A DNA stretch of 64,000 nucleotides. Origin: Malacoraja senta. Lineage: Eukaryota. Location of the stretch: assembly GCA_038087875.1 (NCBI GenBank), contig CM075980.1, forward strand, positions 26,846,001 through 26,910,000, read 5' to 3'. Below, in pieces: positions 25,363 through 38,398 of the stretch. Under the pieces are notes generated by a model that was not told where the DNA came from, made no database searches, and saw nothing but the letters and a program-made list of their open reading frames with translations. How positions within the stretch are numbered: position 1 is the first letter of the stretch; every line of letters begins with the position of its first letter. A program made the position numbers and the translations under genes.

Positions 25363-27668
25363 ACATTTCTTGATGGTAATACAAATCTTTTTAGCCAAAA
25401 TAGAAATCCCAGGACCGTCGTTGCAAATTTCATCTGAATGTAATTGGAAATAAACATGTAAGGCTTATGCAGACGTAAAGAATGGACTGCAATACTAGCC
25501 GTTAAGACATAAGAAAGGACTGCAATACTAGTCAACAGAGTACAGTCGTGCTAATGTCGCCTGAGAACAACACAGCACAACACTATTGTGTTTGCCAATG
25601 AGAAATCTTAAAGCTTCATTGACCATCAGGCGTTGTTCGTGCCCTGTAACGAGGGAGTGTGTCCACGAAAATAACGGCGAATCGGGATTGCCGCTGAAGG
25701 TGAGGCTGTCATGCGTAAGAAATGAGAAGAGTCATGTCCCCAAACAGGAACCTGGCACCGGACGCACAGAAACCACGTGAAATGGTCTACAGACGGGTAA
25801 CTGCAAGAAGGACCCGTCTGTCACCAACCGAGACGACATGGTTTCTACTGTATGCTTAGGCTAGACTAAAACATTTACTTTCAGAATAAGCCTGGGATCT
25901 ATATATATATATATATATATATCACTGAAACCCTCTTCTTAATTTCTCAATACTTTGTTTAGTGACGTTGGGTCATTGGTGACATTATTTAGTTCAAAAT
26001 CCGAAACTCACTCCGAATATGTTAGTCCAACAAATGGAGTTAATTTCCAAATTATTTCCAAAACTACCCAGATGATGAAAAAAACCACACCGAAGTAGCT
26101 TTTAGAACGCAATAGGTTATCACCAAAATAACTTTATGGAACGATCAGTGCGAATAATGCGTGTTTTGAACGCGCGGGTGATTTATTCCATCCAGTGAAA
26201 TTGATGCCCGCCGACCATATAACCCGCAGCGAAATGCTCGGAGTGAGATTATAAACCATTATCTAATGCGAAGCATATTATAACGAACACACTGAACGCC
26301 TTGGGTGTTGACCGTTATGCAGAGTTGGTTCACAATGCTTACATTCATGTGCGAGGCCTGTGAACTAGATCAATGCAAAATCACTTGCACAATCCAGGGT
26401 CGATGCTTTGATTCAGTTTGCCTCCAAAACGTTAATGTTGTGACAATGCTGGCGTCGAATCGTTCCACTGAAGTGTCACCCCAGAACACATAACAAGCAT
26501 TTGCCCTTGTAGAGTGCGGTACTTGAGCATGGGTTTCACTGATATTTCAGTAGTAACGAACAATCGTCCCCATATTGGTATAAATGTGTACAATTGGCGT
26601 AACACCAACACAAATAAGATGGACGGAGTTGTCACTTTATTTGTACTTTCGTGTCGCTCCGAATTCCGCCGTCAAAATATCCGGATAAAACTTCGATTCA
26701 CCCACCGGTCAAACCGCAGCTCTTTCCTAGTGCACAGTAGTATACACTGTGTACACTAGTGTACACTTGAACCTAGTGCATAGTAGTGTACACTGGGGGA
26801 TCACATGTTATAACAGTGCACTTTTCGTCACCGCTTGTACCACTGCCGAAACGATATCTGGTGTTCACTTCCTATGCTAATTAGACATTAAGATGTTAGT
26901 TTTCTTCAACGCCAGGCTTGGTGGATTAATATAAAAGGCGTTAATTGGCACCGTTAGGTGCGATCGCGAATTATTTGGAATTTACAGCCAAAAATGTGGC
27001 CACAAAGATCCAGCCCTCGGTGTCCATCTTACCAACTGACCTCTTAAGTGCATTGTTAAAACTGGGTGTCACCGTTGTGAACGGCGGATCAAACAACACC
27101 AAATATTTATATTGTTACATAAATAAACATACTGCTGTGATTACTGGGGATTAAGCACATTCCAAGCAAATTAAAGATGTTTTGTTTCAAAATAATTTGA
27201 ATAAAAAAGATTGGTGTTAAATATTAAAAGAAAGTAAAACTATACCTTAATTTGTTCTCTCTTGAAGTGTTTTTGCATCAGCACCATCAGGAGAAAATAT
27301 ATGACCGGATTTCAGTATATGCGTATGTGTTAAAAATTAATATTTTTAATACAAAATGGGAAAGCGTACTCACTGCCCTTTAGCAAAATGGAATTAAACA
27401 TACAATTATAATTTTAACAAGTATCACCTTGTAAAACAAAGTATAACATATGCTAGGGTTCGCTACTTTAACTTGAGACTATTGCTTACGGTGTTGCAAT
27501 GCAATCTAGTCTTGTGTGAACTGGTGCCTGACTAGAATTTATTTTGGGTTCCTACATCAGTTTCTGTATTTAAGTTGCCAAAGCATAAATCAAACACCAA
27601 GGTAAATGCCTGCAAATGCATCAACTTACTATGGAATTCATGTTATCCCAATCTTTAAAAATGTTTCT

Positions 27669-27869
27669 GTGTTGGAAGGAACTGCAGATGCTGGTTTACA
27701 CCGAAGATAGACACAAAATGCTGGAGTAACTCAGCGGGACAGGCAGCATCTCTGGAGTGAAGGAATGGGTCTTCAGTCTGAAGAAGGGTCTCGACCCGTA
27801 ACGTCACCCATTCCTTCTCTCCAAAGATGCTGCCTGTCCCGCTGAGGTACTCCAGCATTTTTGTGTCTT
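27669..27869. mobile_element. Penelope-terminus hairpin insert
   Basis: Inverted arms around ctgaagaagggtctcgacccgtaacgtc; decayed ~16-bp duplication at 27653-27668 and 27870-27885. Confidence 0.85.
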
Positions 27870-28403
27870 CCTTAATTATGTTTCTTTCTGATTTTGCTGA
27901 AACAACATTGGGAGTGGTGGAATAATGCCACAAGCCGTATGTTATGTTTGAGTAAAGGGGATACAACACAAGAAGGATCCTGACCTGAAACACTGCCTGC
28001 CCAACCCCCACCCAATCCTCACCTCCAGATGCTGCCTGGCATGCTGAGTTCTTCCAGCACTTTGTGTTTTGATCAAAATTTATGTTCAAGTTCCATTCAT
28101 TAATCTAAACAATATAACATTACCGAGAGATTATCGTGGAATATATTGCACATCAAGATTAGTATGCACATCATATAATGCAATATCTGTGCATTATTCT
28201 GCGACACTGGTTGTTTACTATCACTCCAATCATATCTGTGATTAATGTGCACTCTGAATCTTCTCAGCTGCTTTGATCAATGCTGATCGTGGATTCCACG
28301 TGGAAAGTTTTTACAAATCATCAATATGTACCTCAGGATAACGTAATTGCTGTGCCAACTAAGTTTGCAATTAGTAGAGACAAGATACTGGCTAATACAC
28401 AAT

Positions 28404-28490
28404 AAGACACAAATTGCTGGAGTAACTCAGCGGGTCAGGCAGCATCTCTGGAGAACATGGATAGGTGTTCTGGACCATTGTTCAGACTGA
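28404..28490 (-). mobile_element. Penelope-terminus insert
   Basis: agacacaaattgctggagtaactcagcgggtcaggcagcatctctggag..ttcagactga. Confidence 0.75.
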
Positions 28491-30739
28491 CATTGCCCAC
28501 TCAGTCCAAGGATGGATTGGCTTTGATTGATTACGACATTGGGCCATTAAATAAATATAGTAACAATTATGTGAAAAGAAGACCTAAAGCGTGGAACCAG
28601 TTGGTGAGATTGTACAAAGCGCCTACGCAGGTGCACGAGAAAAGTCAACTGGCCAAAGTTGACCACATAAAGCACAGGTAATCGGTCTTTTCTTGATCAC
28701 TTGGCTATTTTCGACCAAGATAAAATGTTTGGTTGCGCATGCGCCGGCAGCGCTTGTTCAAGAATAAGTGCACAGACTTATACACTCTCTAATACATAGG
28801 AGAACACACACCACTATGATCACATCCGAACATCAAACCCGTGGCAGATTGCCTACAGTTATCAACCCCCCCCCTCTCCCTTCCAGTTAAACCAAGATAA
28901 CAAATATAATGTAATATTTGGATTCCAATCACATTAAAGTAACATTATGAAAACTATGAAAATAAATATATTTTGTGTTGCAAAGCTATTGCATGGAGGG
29001 AAGTAGCTGGCCAATATACTTTTAAAGTTCCCAGGTACATCCAGTTGGGTCGCGTTATTTGGAAAGTATTCCGTTTGTTTGAAATTCTAACAAATTGCAG
29101 TCCATCAATTTGAAAATTGTTTGGGATTAAAATGATTGTGGTCCACTTATTTGCAAGTGGCGTGTTTCATATCTGCGAACTTTGCACTTCGAAAAACGCC
29201 GCTGTGATTCATGGCCTCAATTTTGTACCCATTTCTACATTTTGTAAATTAAATATGCATTCTGCTCATGTACTGTGTTTGTCATTAACAATACTTGACT
29301 GCTCTGGCTTGCATCAGCACTTTGCTTTTCACCTATGCAAATTCCACTTATGACTAGTGCTGCATTTTTTGACTGAAGCATTGACCCATAACAGAGTGAA
29401 TACCAAAGGAGTCGATCTTGTTTCACCACGTAATCTCAACAGCCAGCAGGGCTATCATCAACACTACATATTATTAAACAGACGATTGTGCCCTTGTGCG
29501 GATTTTACCTGAAATCGGCTTTCATTTATATCACATTTAGTTAGATTGTCAAATAGAGCCTCCAGGATATTTTTAGATGAATACATGAACCCCAAAGTTT
29601 TTCTGCCAATGTTGAATTTCTGCATATGGTGAATTAATTCTACTATAAAATAAAAAGGTATTACTTAAAATACACGGTCGAAACGGGATCTTAATTATGC
29701 TTATATATACCTGTATTTGTTAACAGATAACTAAATGAGATACTGTTGGATTACAATGTCCCGAAGACTAAAATAGTGTCTAATTTCTATGATTTTTGCA
29801 GGGAAGTTTATTGTGTGATTCAGTTACAGATTGCAGATGATTTTTAATCAAAAATAGGATATGACTACGATAGCCAATTTAATTCACCATGAAAGAGCTA
29901 CCAGAACAGAAACAAAGAGTATGAAGTGCAGCAAAGCAAGCTGTTATCATGGGTTCAACTGCACATCATTTTGCTGTTTTTAAACACAGATAGACCAGAT
30001 TGTATAATCAGATGCTGGATAGAACAGCCTTTGGAGCAATTACTTTTTGATACAAATTTCACAATGCTTCATTACTAATTTAACAATAGTCTTTAAAAAA
30101 AGTTAACTCTAGAGAATATTTACGTTTAAATACATACATTCATGAAAACAACTCAACCTCCTCCACTGAAACTTTTGATTGCCAATTACCTCAGTGTTTC
30201 TCAACCCTGTTCCAGTTTTGATTATTTTATTCCCCCTCCCCCCCCCATTAGTTCTTAGCTCTGAGGTAAATGAAGTCTTAAGTAAGATCTCCAGTGATTC
30301 CTTGTGTTTGGCAGATCGAGAAAACAGTTATATTACCTCTTTTGTGTCGGGTAAAGTAGTTTCAGTTACACAATGAAGTGCAATTCACAGAATAAAGCAA
30401 TAATGGAGCTTTACAAACATGAGGCAAAAGTTTTTCCAAGAAGCTATCTCAGATTTGTATCTTCTGGAAGAGATTCATATCCAGCATGGGCTCATTTTAA
30501 ACTTTGAGATGGTCCATTAGAATTTGCAAAGCTTAAAATGGAACATTCTTAATGTCACATAAGAACAGATGGTCCCATGCACAAGTTGTCTTACTGGTTG
30601 CTGGTAATTCAATACTTTGCAGAACAAATATGAGGATACATGTCGATTATTACTGTTGTTTCTCACATCTAGTCACAGGGAGATGAGCTCTGAGGCAACT
30701 GTTCTTGGTTACATTCAAGATAATTATCCTATCTGCCAA

Positions 30740-31505
30740 CATCAAGCAGAATTTGCAAAGCAGAGCAACCTGGTATGTTGCATTAGGTACTCTTGCTGTG
30801 GCCTCCTCTATTTTAGTGAGACCACGCACAAACTAGGTGACCATTGTGCCGAGCACCTGCGCTCTGAGCACCATAGCAACCTGGAGTTCCCAGTTTCTGG
30901 TTGTTTCAATTCCCTTTGCCATTCCCACACTGACTTGACTGTCCTTGGCCTCCTCTACTGACAGGGTGAGGTCAAATGCAAACTAAAAGCACAGCGTCTC
31001 ATATTCCACCTCAGTTGTCTCCAACCCCATGGCATAACATTGAATTTTCTCATTTCAGTTACCTGCTCCCTTCTATCCATTCAGACGCTCCTTCATATGC
31101 CCTTCTTTCCTACAACTCCTCGTACCCTCACTATGCTTCTTTCCCACCCACTGCCCCCGTCCACAACCCACATGCTCCTCCCATTGAGTCCTCTACCCCA
31201 CTCTTTCCATCCGCCCACTTCTATGTTTGGATCCACACTCCACCTGTTCACATCAGATTCCATCATCTGCAGCTACTGGTTACCTCCACCTCCAAGTCCC
31301 AGGCTCTGTTGTTTTTTCCGTCTTTCTCTCCCCCACTTTACTTCATCCACCAATCCTCCCCTCTTCACCTGGATTTACCTACCACATGCCAGTTCTTGCC
31401 CCACCACTCTTTCAGAACAGAGAAAGGGTCTTGACTTGAAATATCAACTGTCCATATCCCTCCACAGATGCTGCCAAACATGCTGAGATCCCCCAGCAGT
31501 TAATT
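30740..31505 (+). mobile_element. Penelope-like retroelement 3' part: decayed GIY-YIG endonuclease, CT-rich UTR and hammerhead-type terminus
   Basis: SNLVCCIRYSCCGLLYFSETTHKLGDHCAEHLRS..PVSGCFNSLCHSHTDLTVLGLL..KLKAQRLIFHL..LQPHG resembles the PLE GIY-YIG motif (LYIGETKRRLGDRFAEH). The terminus agggtcttgacttgaaatatc..ccacagatgctgcc..gctgag matches the short elements. Confidence 0.85.
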
Positions 31506-31631
31506 TTTTTTAATCCACCAATTTTAGGTTCATAAACAAATGAAATGTTGTTGTTTATGCTGAGAGATTTTCTATCAGGAAGTTATAATGTTAGGATCTC
31601 CTTTCTCCTCTCACTAATATGTCCAGCATTG

Positions 31632-31940
31632 CAGGTTAATTGGCCTCTGTAAAATTGCCACTAGGGTGCAGGGAGTAGATGGGAAACTGGGATAACACAG
31701 AACTAATGTGAAGATAGACACAAAATGCTGGAGTTACCCAGCAGGACCCGAAACATCACACATTCCTTCTCTCCAGAGATGCTGCCTGTCCCGCTGAGTT
31801 ACTCCAGCATTTTGTGTCCATCTTTGGTTTAAACCAGCATCTGCAGTTCCTTCCTACATAGAACTTATGTGAATGGGTGATTGATGGTTGGCGTGGACTC
31901 AGTGGGCCAAGGGACCCGTTTCCGTGTTGTATCTTTTAAT
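31632..31940 (+). mobile_element. HE1-like SINE, 5'-truncated and interrupted
   Basis: ggttaattggcctctgtaaa..ggactcagtgggccaaggg..tttccgtgttgtatct. Confidence 0.8.
31711..31858. mobile_element. Penelope-terminus hairpin insert inside an HE1 SINE
   Basis: 18-bp duplication (2 mismatches) at 31695-31712 and 31856-31873. Confidence 0.85.
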
Positions 31941-32281
31941 AAAGACTGATCATCAGATCTGCAGATTCTGATTGTTGTCAGTTTCTCACTCCACAGAAAG
32001 TGCCATCAGAATCCTCGAAGACTCTCAGCTAGACCCTATAATCTGGAACCATTAGCTGATGGACACATTAGCTGATGGGATGTTAATTGATAGGGTTAAA
32101 AATAATGATAAGTAAGTGGGATCAATTGAGTACCTAAAGTAAATGATACTTCACTCTCTCTGGAATTAGACTGCAAAATGGGTAATTTCATATGATTGTA
32201 AAAAATACTTTTTGCAGGGATTTAATATCACTTGACTTTGCCTCACTTTGGCAGAGTGTCAGATTTCCAAGTTATATTGGC

Positions 32282-32457
32282 GTAACTCAGTGTGTCAAGT
32301 AGAATGTTTGGAGAAAAGGAATAGGTGACATTTCCGATCTTGACCCAAAACATCACCTATTTCTTTCTTCCAGAGATGCTGCTTCACCCGCTGAGTTACT
32401 CCAGCATTTTGTGTCTATCTTCGGTGTAAACCAGCATCTGCAGCTCCTTCCTACACA
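32282..32457. mobile_element. Penelope-terminus hairpin insert
   Basis: Inverted arms centred on the decayed core; full tail ..ccttcctacac. Confidence 0.8.
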
Positions 32458-32619
32458 TAAATATTTCAAGACTTGTATTTCTGGTAATATTGATGCAAAT
32501 TTACCTGAGATATCATCCAAAGGCACCTGCTTGTTGACACTTTATTCACATACAATATTAAGGTATTCAGATATTAAGGTGCATGAATCTATGTAACTGG
32601 CAATATTACTTGGAATGTA

Positions 32620-32704
32620 GGGTCTCGACCCGAAATGTCACCCTTTTCTTCTCTCTGGAGATGCTCCCTGTCCTGCTGAGTTATTATAGCATTTTGTGTC
32701 TATC
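32620..32704 (+). mobile_element. Penelope-terminus insert
   Basis: gggtctcgacccgaaatgtcacc..ttttgtgtctatc. Confidence 0.8.
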
Positions 32705-33505
32705 AACATTTTTGGGCAGGTTTTCAATTTACTATTGAGTATAATAACATTTTGTTTGAGAACAGAAATACAAATCACCCAGTGTTTGGCCGAAACACAA
32801 TGTCAGCTTGAGCTTGGTTGGCAGTCTAATCATACCCCCCTTTATTTAATTTAGTATCATCTATGATCAAGTAAAGAAACAAGACATAGCTATCTATCAT
32901 AGAACTGAGAAAGCTCATGATTACAAGTTTTCCTGTTTAATATGCATGCTTATCATTATGCTTGAGGGTGTATTTTCTGAATTGTATGACCTACCATAGT
33001 TTTGTTACAAGAATTAGAAATTCCAATTTTAATTTGTGGTTTATATGGATGCTTCATTATCTTTTGCTGAATCATTTCTGAATATCTTCAGTTTAATGCA
33101 ATTTTCTATTGTCTACAAGGGATCTATTCAGACATTGATTTGGTGCTGACTTGTGCTTTGGTTTATTTTATTCTAAATTTTGTATGCAAATAATGTGTAC
33201 TTTTTATTCGATGTTGGTTTAAATGAATCCAAGCACTGTCGTGGCAGTCAGCTGAGTTTCGAATCAAATCGAGTCAGGTTTTGCATGATCTAACCTACTG
33301 CCAGGGTTTGGGTCTCACCATGTTTCTGTGGCCACAGTGATTTTTTACACGGGTGTGGGAATGATCAGCCTGAGACTCTCCCTCGTGAACAGATTGATCG
33401 ATAAGTTGCAACTGGGCCTCACACAGAGGATCCTGAGATTGTCCCCAAAATGCCATGATAGTCATTTTTAACTTCACCTCTATCAAAGCCCTGTGCCTGG
33501 TTGAG

Positions 33506-33814
33506 ACTAGACTTTAGAGATACATTGCGGAAACAGGCCATTGAGCCCACCGAGTACGTGCCGACCAGATGATCACCTCGTGCACTAGCACTACCCTGCA
33601 CACAAGGGACAATTTACAATTTTATCGAAGCCAATTAACCTACAAACCTGTACGTCTTTTGAGTGTGGGAGGAAAACCGGAGATCCCGGAGAAAACCCAT
33701 GAGGTCACAGGAAGAATGTACAACCTCCGTACAGACGGCACATATAGTCAGGATCGAACACAGGTCTCTGGCGCTGTAATGCAGCAACTCTACCACTGCG
33801 CCACTGTGCTGCCC
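33506..33814 (-). mobile_element. HE1-like V-SINE
   Basis: Complete head, V-domain and tail on the minus strand. Confidence 0.9.
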
Positions 33815-33880
33815 TGGTTCTTAATAGCTTTGAAATGCCTCTGCTGATCAGAGACATTAAAAACAATACAAATTGATGTA

Positions 33881-34195
33881 GTTTTAGTTTCAGAGATACA
33901 GTGTGGAATTAGAATCTTTGACCCATAGAGTCCACACTGACCATTGACCACACATTCACACTAGTTCTAAGTTATCCCACTTTCTCTTCTACTGCCGCCA
34001 CACTGGAGGCAATTTATAGAGGCCAGTTAACCACCAAGCCCGTACGTCTTTGGGATGTGGCAGGAAAGCCGAGTACCTGAAGGAAATGCATGTGGTCACA
34101 GGGAGAACGTGCAAACTCCACACAGCCAGCACCTGAGGTCAGGTTCATACCCGGGTCTCTGATGCTGTGAGACAGCAGCAGTGCCACTTGCCAGC
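33881..34195 (-). mobile_element. HE1-like V-SINE
   Basis: Same architecture, more diverged. Confidence 0.85.
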
Positions 34196-35040
34196 TAAAC
34201 AAGCAAAATGATAACAACATAAGAGATTTACTTACAAGACTTCAAAGTACTTGAAATGAATAAAAACAAAACCAGAAGCAAACCACATGGTTTAAAACGT
34301 TGAAATTTGAAGGATACTAGGTGACCTCGGAAATGTGGCGACTCTTTGTATACTGGCTTTACTATTCGTACACTACAGTCGTTGCAGTTTTGCACTTAGG
34401 TATGATTGTACTTAATGTAAAGCAAGATTTCACTGAATTGTATGCAAAACAATGCAGTTCACTGTATCTAGTAACGCGTGACAGAAAAGTACCAATGAAT
34501 CATTGAAACTGAACACACCAGCACTTTCATACAAGGTTTGCACGATGTATACCAGTCATCCTGTAATGGCAATTTTAAACTTTTCCAATGTCCAACCTAT
34601 TATTGCTGTTACCTACACAGGCAGGGAGGAGTGGAATTTACACAGTCGATAACAAAAACGAATCCTCCAGTCGTTCTTTCCAGTTTCATTGATTCTTTAT
34701 TGAAGTAGTTGTCCAGACAAAGAAGTCAACGTACCAGATCCTCTTTATTCTTATACAAATTGTAGCTTTCCGTTCTTACTATCTGAACTGGTAAAAACTG
34801 TATTCCTTCTCCCGTGCCGGCTTCAGTCGATCTGACCACTCCCTCTGGACAAAATAATAAAATATGCTAACAGTAACTAGCCTAAGTATGAATGGCTCCT
34901 ACACATCCCAAGACTAAAGCTAGGGCGCAGGATGTGGTCTGATGAAGTGTATGTGGTCCCTGTGCTCAGGATCCGTGTGCTCGGACTTGGTGTTAATCTA
35001 ACCAGTGCAGGAAATAGTCAGTTGACATCCAATTCAGTTC

Positions 35041-35244
35041 TGTAGGAAGGAACTGCAGATGCTGGTTTAAAGTGAAGATAGACACACAAAGCTGGAGTAT
35101 CTCAACGGGTCATACAGCATCTCTGGAAAAAAAGGAATAGTTGACATTTCGGGTCAAGACCCAGAGTCTCGACCTGAAACGTCAACTATTCCTTTTTTTT
35201 GCAGAGATGTTGTTTGACCCGCTGAGTTACTCCAGCATTTTGTG
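35041..35244. mobile_element. Penelope-terminus hairpin insert
   Basis: Perfect 13-bp TSD tccaattcagttc at 35028-35040 and 35245-35257. Confidence 0.88.
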
Positions 35245-37407
35245 TCCAATTCAGTTCCTACTGTGCAGACATTGATATCAGGGACAAGCTGACTCACACA
35301 TGGAAGCTGATCGGTAGTTGCCTGCAAAATTACTGGCTGAAAATATAAATCAGCCAATTATATTATTTGCAGAAGTAAATTTAAGGCTAATGTAATCAGA
35401 TCACATTATCAGCTTTGGTTAAAAAAATATTGAATCTAACTTTCAAGTATTCAATATATCAAGGGATAGGGTTCAATCATGTAATTTGCAATTTTTATTG
35501 CCATTTTTATAAATAAATTAAAACCGGGGTTATGTATCGGCAAAACTGGGTCGGTCAATAGTTAATCTGAGAATGGTTTCTTGAGTTCTCCACCTGGATT
35601 ATCAACCCATATACATCGCATTTATTACAATCCAAATATAGGGAGTTCCCATAAATATCCTTTTGAAATTCTTGTTTGAGCTAAAGATTTCCAATATCTA
35701 GCACTCAGTGTGCCTCGGTATTGAAGGTTAAGTCTGTACTGTGTGTACTGAGACTGTGTAACATTCAGGGAATGCTTTATGCCATGCACAAATGGGTTTC
35801 CCAATTCCCACATTGCAAGAACAATTGTTCCTTAAAGGTACTTCATCACCTTAAAGGCACTGCATAAATGCAAGCTTTTCCTTTCTTGATAATCGGTTTC
35901 ACTAAGTGTGTTCACTGGAATGTTTTTGACCAATAACAATACATATTACTAAATACAGAAAATTGGTAGGCAACATTATTTTGAAAACTAATCGAAAGTG
36001 ATGTGCAAAAAGTAATTTAAATTTATTCGTGATCCCCCTCCCCCACCCTCGGATCAAACCACGTAGCCAAGGCAAAATGATATCTTCTTTGGCAAAAAAC
36101 ATCAGGTACTGATATATTTTCCCCAAGGAAAGATTAATCCTCAAAAACTCAAACTGAACTCAGTGTGCTAAGAATTCTAAATGAAACTAGTTCTCTATAC
36201 TTTACTTTAATAGCGTAATGTCATGGGTTTCTTACATTTCAACTTTCATGCCTCCCTCATTTCCACACCACAGTTAGTTGGAATTGCTTCTGTCTTTTCT
36301 GTTCATTCTCTTTATGAATCCATGCTTCAAGTGGCAAATATTGTTCCTTCATAGCTCTGGGCAGAATACCAATTTGCAGCCGAAACTCTACAATTGTTGG
36401 GAATTTAATCTTTTAGTCTTTATTTTGAAAGTAAATTATTCTAAGCTATATCTAATAGATTGTACACAATAATACTATAATTTTTGAGATGCGAGTGGTA
36501 TAAATATGTAGCTCAAAATAATAGTCTATGAATGATCACAATGGGTTGATGAAGCTTAATAATACCGTACAAGTTTTTAAATGACAATTCACTCTCTAAA
36601 ATAAATTTCAATTGCGCCGTAATTTTATGTTAATTTGAAGATGCTACTGTGCTGCCTTATATGCTGAAATGAAGCTAAAATTGGTGAATTTCATGAATCT
36701 CTGGACAGCGACATATTAAAACATTTGCCCATGTGCAAAATAAATTACAGAAATCGGGTGACAGAGGCATAAAATGACAGTTGGCATAATGGATCCACAA
36801 AATTTACACAGAATGGGAGTACAATGAATCTTGAAGCACATTCAATTGACAGGGTAATTACTTACACCCAGGACTGTCTTTTACTGTTCAGTGAATACTC
36901 TGTTGTTTTGGCAATAGTATGAGAACCAACACATCCAAGGCTCATTTTTTATGAATACACTCTGCAAATAGAAGCATTGTGTGCCTTCAATTGATGTCTG
37001 TGCAGCATAACATACAGTACTTCCTGAGATTTAAAAAAAAATTTGGGTACATGTACATTTAAAACGAAACCATGTTTTAATGAAACATAAATCTGCATGA
37101 AAGCATCCAAGCCTGTGCAATTTGTGTGACGAAGTTTAAAGGAAATCAAACTGACATTGATGGAAATTAGAAAGGGAAATAATATCACAAGTTTGTGAAT
37201 CCGGTATTGTCATGTTATTGAATTATTGTTGCTTACTTGTGCTGATATGAAAAGTTTGCTGTGGCGAATTCATGAATTTAAAGTGGGCAAATAATGAGGG
37301 CAAAATCCAATGGGTATAATTCACAAATCTGGAACTTGAAGACTCAGAATGGTTGGTGGATTTGCACAACTGAGAATGAAGTAAAAAATATTGTTTCTTT
37401 GGTAGAA

Positions 37408-38398
37408 GAAACATAGAAACATGGAAAAATAGGTGGCATTCGGCCCTTCAAGCCCTTCATTCAATATGATCATGGCTGATCATCCACAATCAGTATCTCG
37501 TTCCTGCCTTCTCCCCATACCCCTTGATTCCGCTAGCCCTAAGAGCTCTATCTAACTCTCTTTTGAATGCATCCAGTGAATCGGCCTCCTCTGCTTGAGG
37601 CCGAGAATTCCACAAATTCACTACTCTCTGTGTGTAAAAGTTTTTCCTCATCTCAGTTCTAAATGGCCCACCCCTTATTCTTATACTGTGGCCCCTGGTT
37701 CTAGACCCCCCCCCTAACATCGGGAACATGTTTCCTGCATCTAGCATGTCCAATCCCTTAATAATATGATATGTTTCTATGATCCCTTCTCATCATTCTA
37801 AATTCCACTGAATACAAGCCCAGTCGCTCCATTCTTTCATCATATGACAGTCTCACCATCCCGGAAATTAACCTTGTGAACCTACGCTGCACTCCCTCAA
37901 TAGCAAGAATGCCCTTCCTCAAATTAGGAGACCAAAACTGCACACAATACTCCAGGCGTGGTCTCACCAGGGCCCTGAACAACTGCAGAAGGACCTCTTT
38001 GCTCCTATACTCAACTACTCTCTTTATGAAGGCCAACATGCCATTAGCTTTCTTCACTGCCTGTTGTACCTGTATGCTTACTTTCAGTGACTGATGTACT
38101 AGGACACCCAGGTCCCATTTTTCAAAACCTGACACCATTCAGATAATAATCTGCCTTCCCATTCTTGCCTCCAAAGTGGATAACCTCACATGTATCCACA
38201 TTATACTGCATCTGCCATGCATTTGCTCACTTACCCAACCTGTCCAAGTCACTCTGCATCCTCATTCCCCCCATATCCCTTGATTCTTTCAGCCCTAAGA
38301 GCTAAGTATAACTCTCTCTTGAAAACATCCAGTGAATTGGCCTCCACTGCCTTCTGTGGCAGAGAATTCCACAGATTCACAACTCTCTGGGTGAAAAA
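37408..38398 (-). mobile_element. CR1/HER1 LINE 3' fragment(s)
   Basis: DLGVLVHQSLKV..LVRPRLEYCVQFWSP..RTRGHSIRIRG..FYTQRVVNLWNS; (TTTCTATG)n tail. Confidence 0.93.

Noticed and set aside
27669-27869. Hairpin inserts as DNA-transposon MITEs or miRNA genes
   Set aside because: Arms are unequal, solo arms also have TSDs, TSD length varies (12-18 bp), and the unit continues into a Penelope endonuclease ORF. There is no evidence for miRNA processing.
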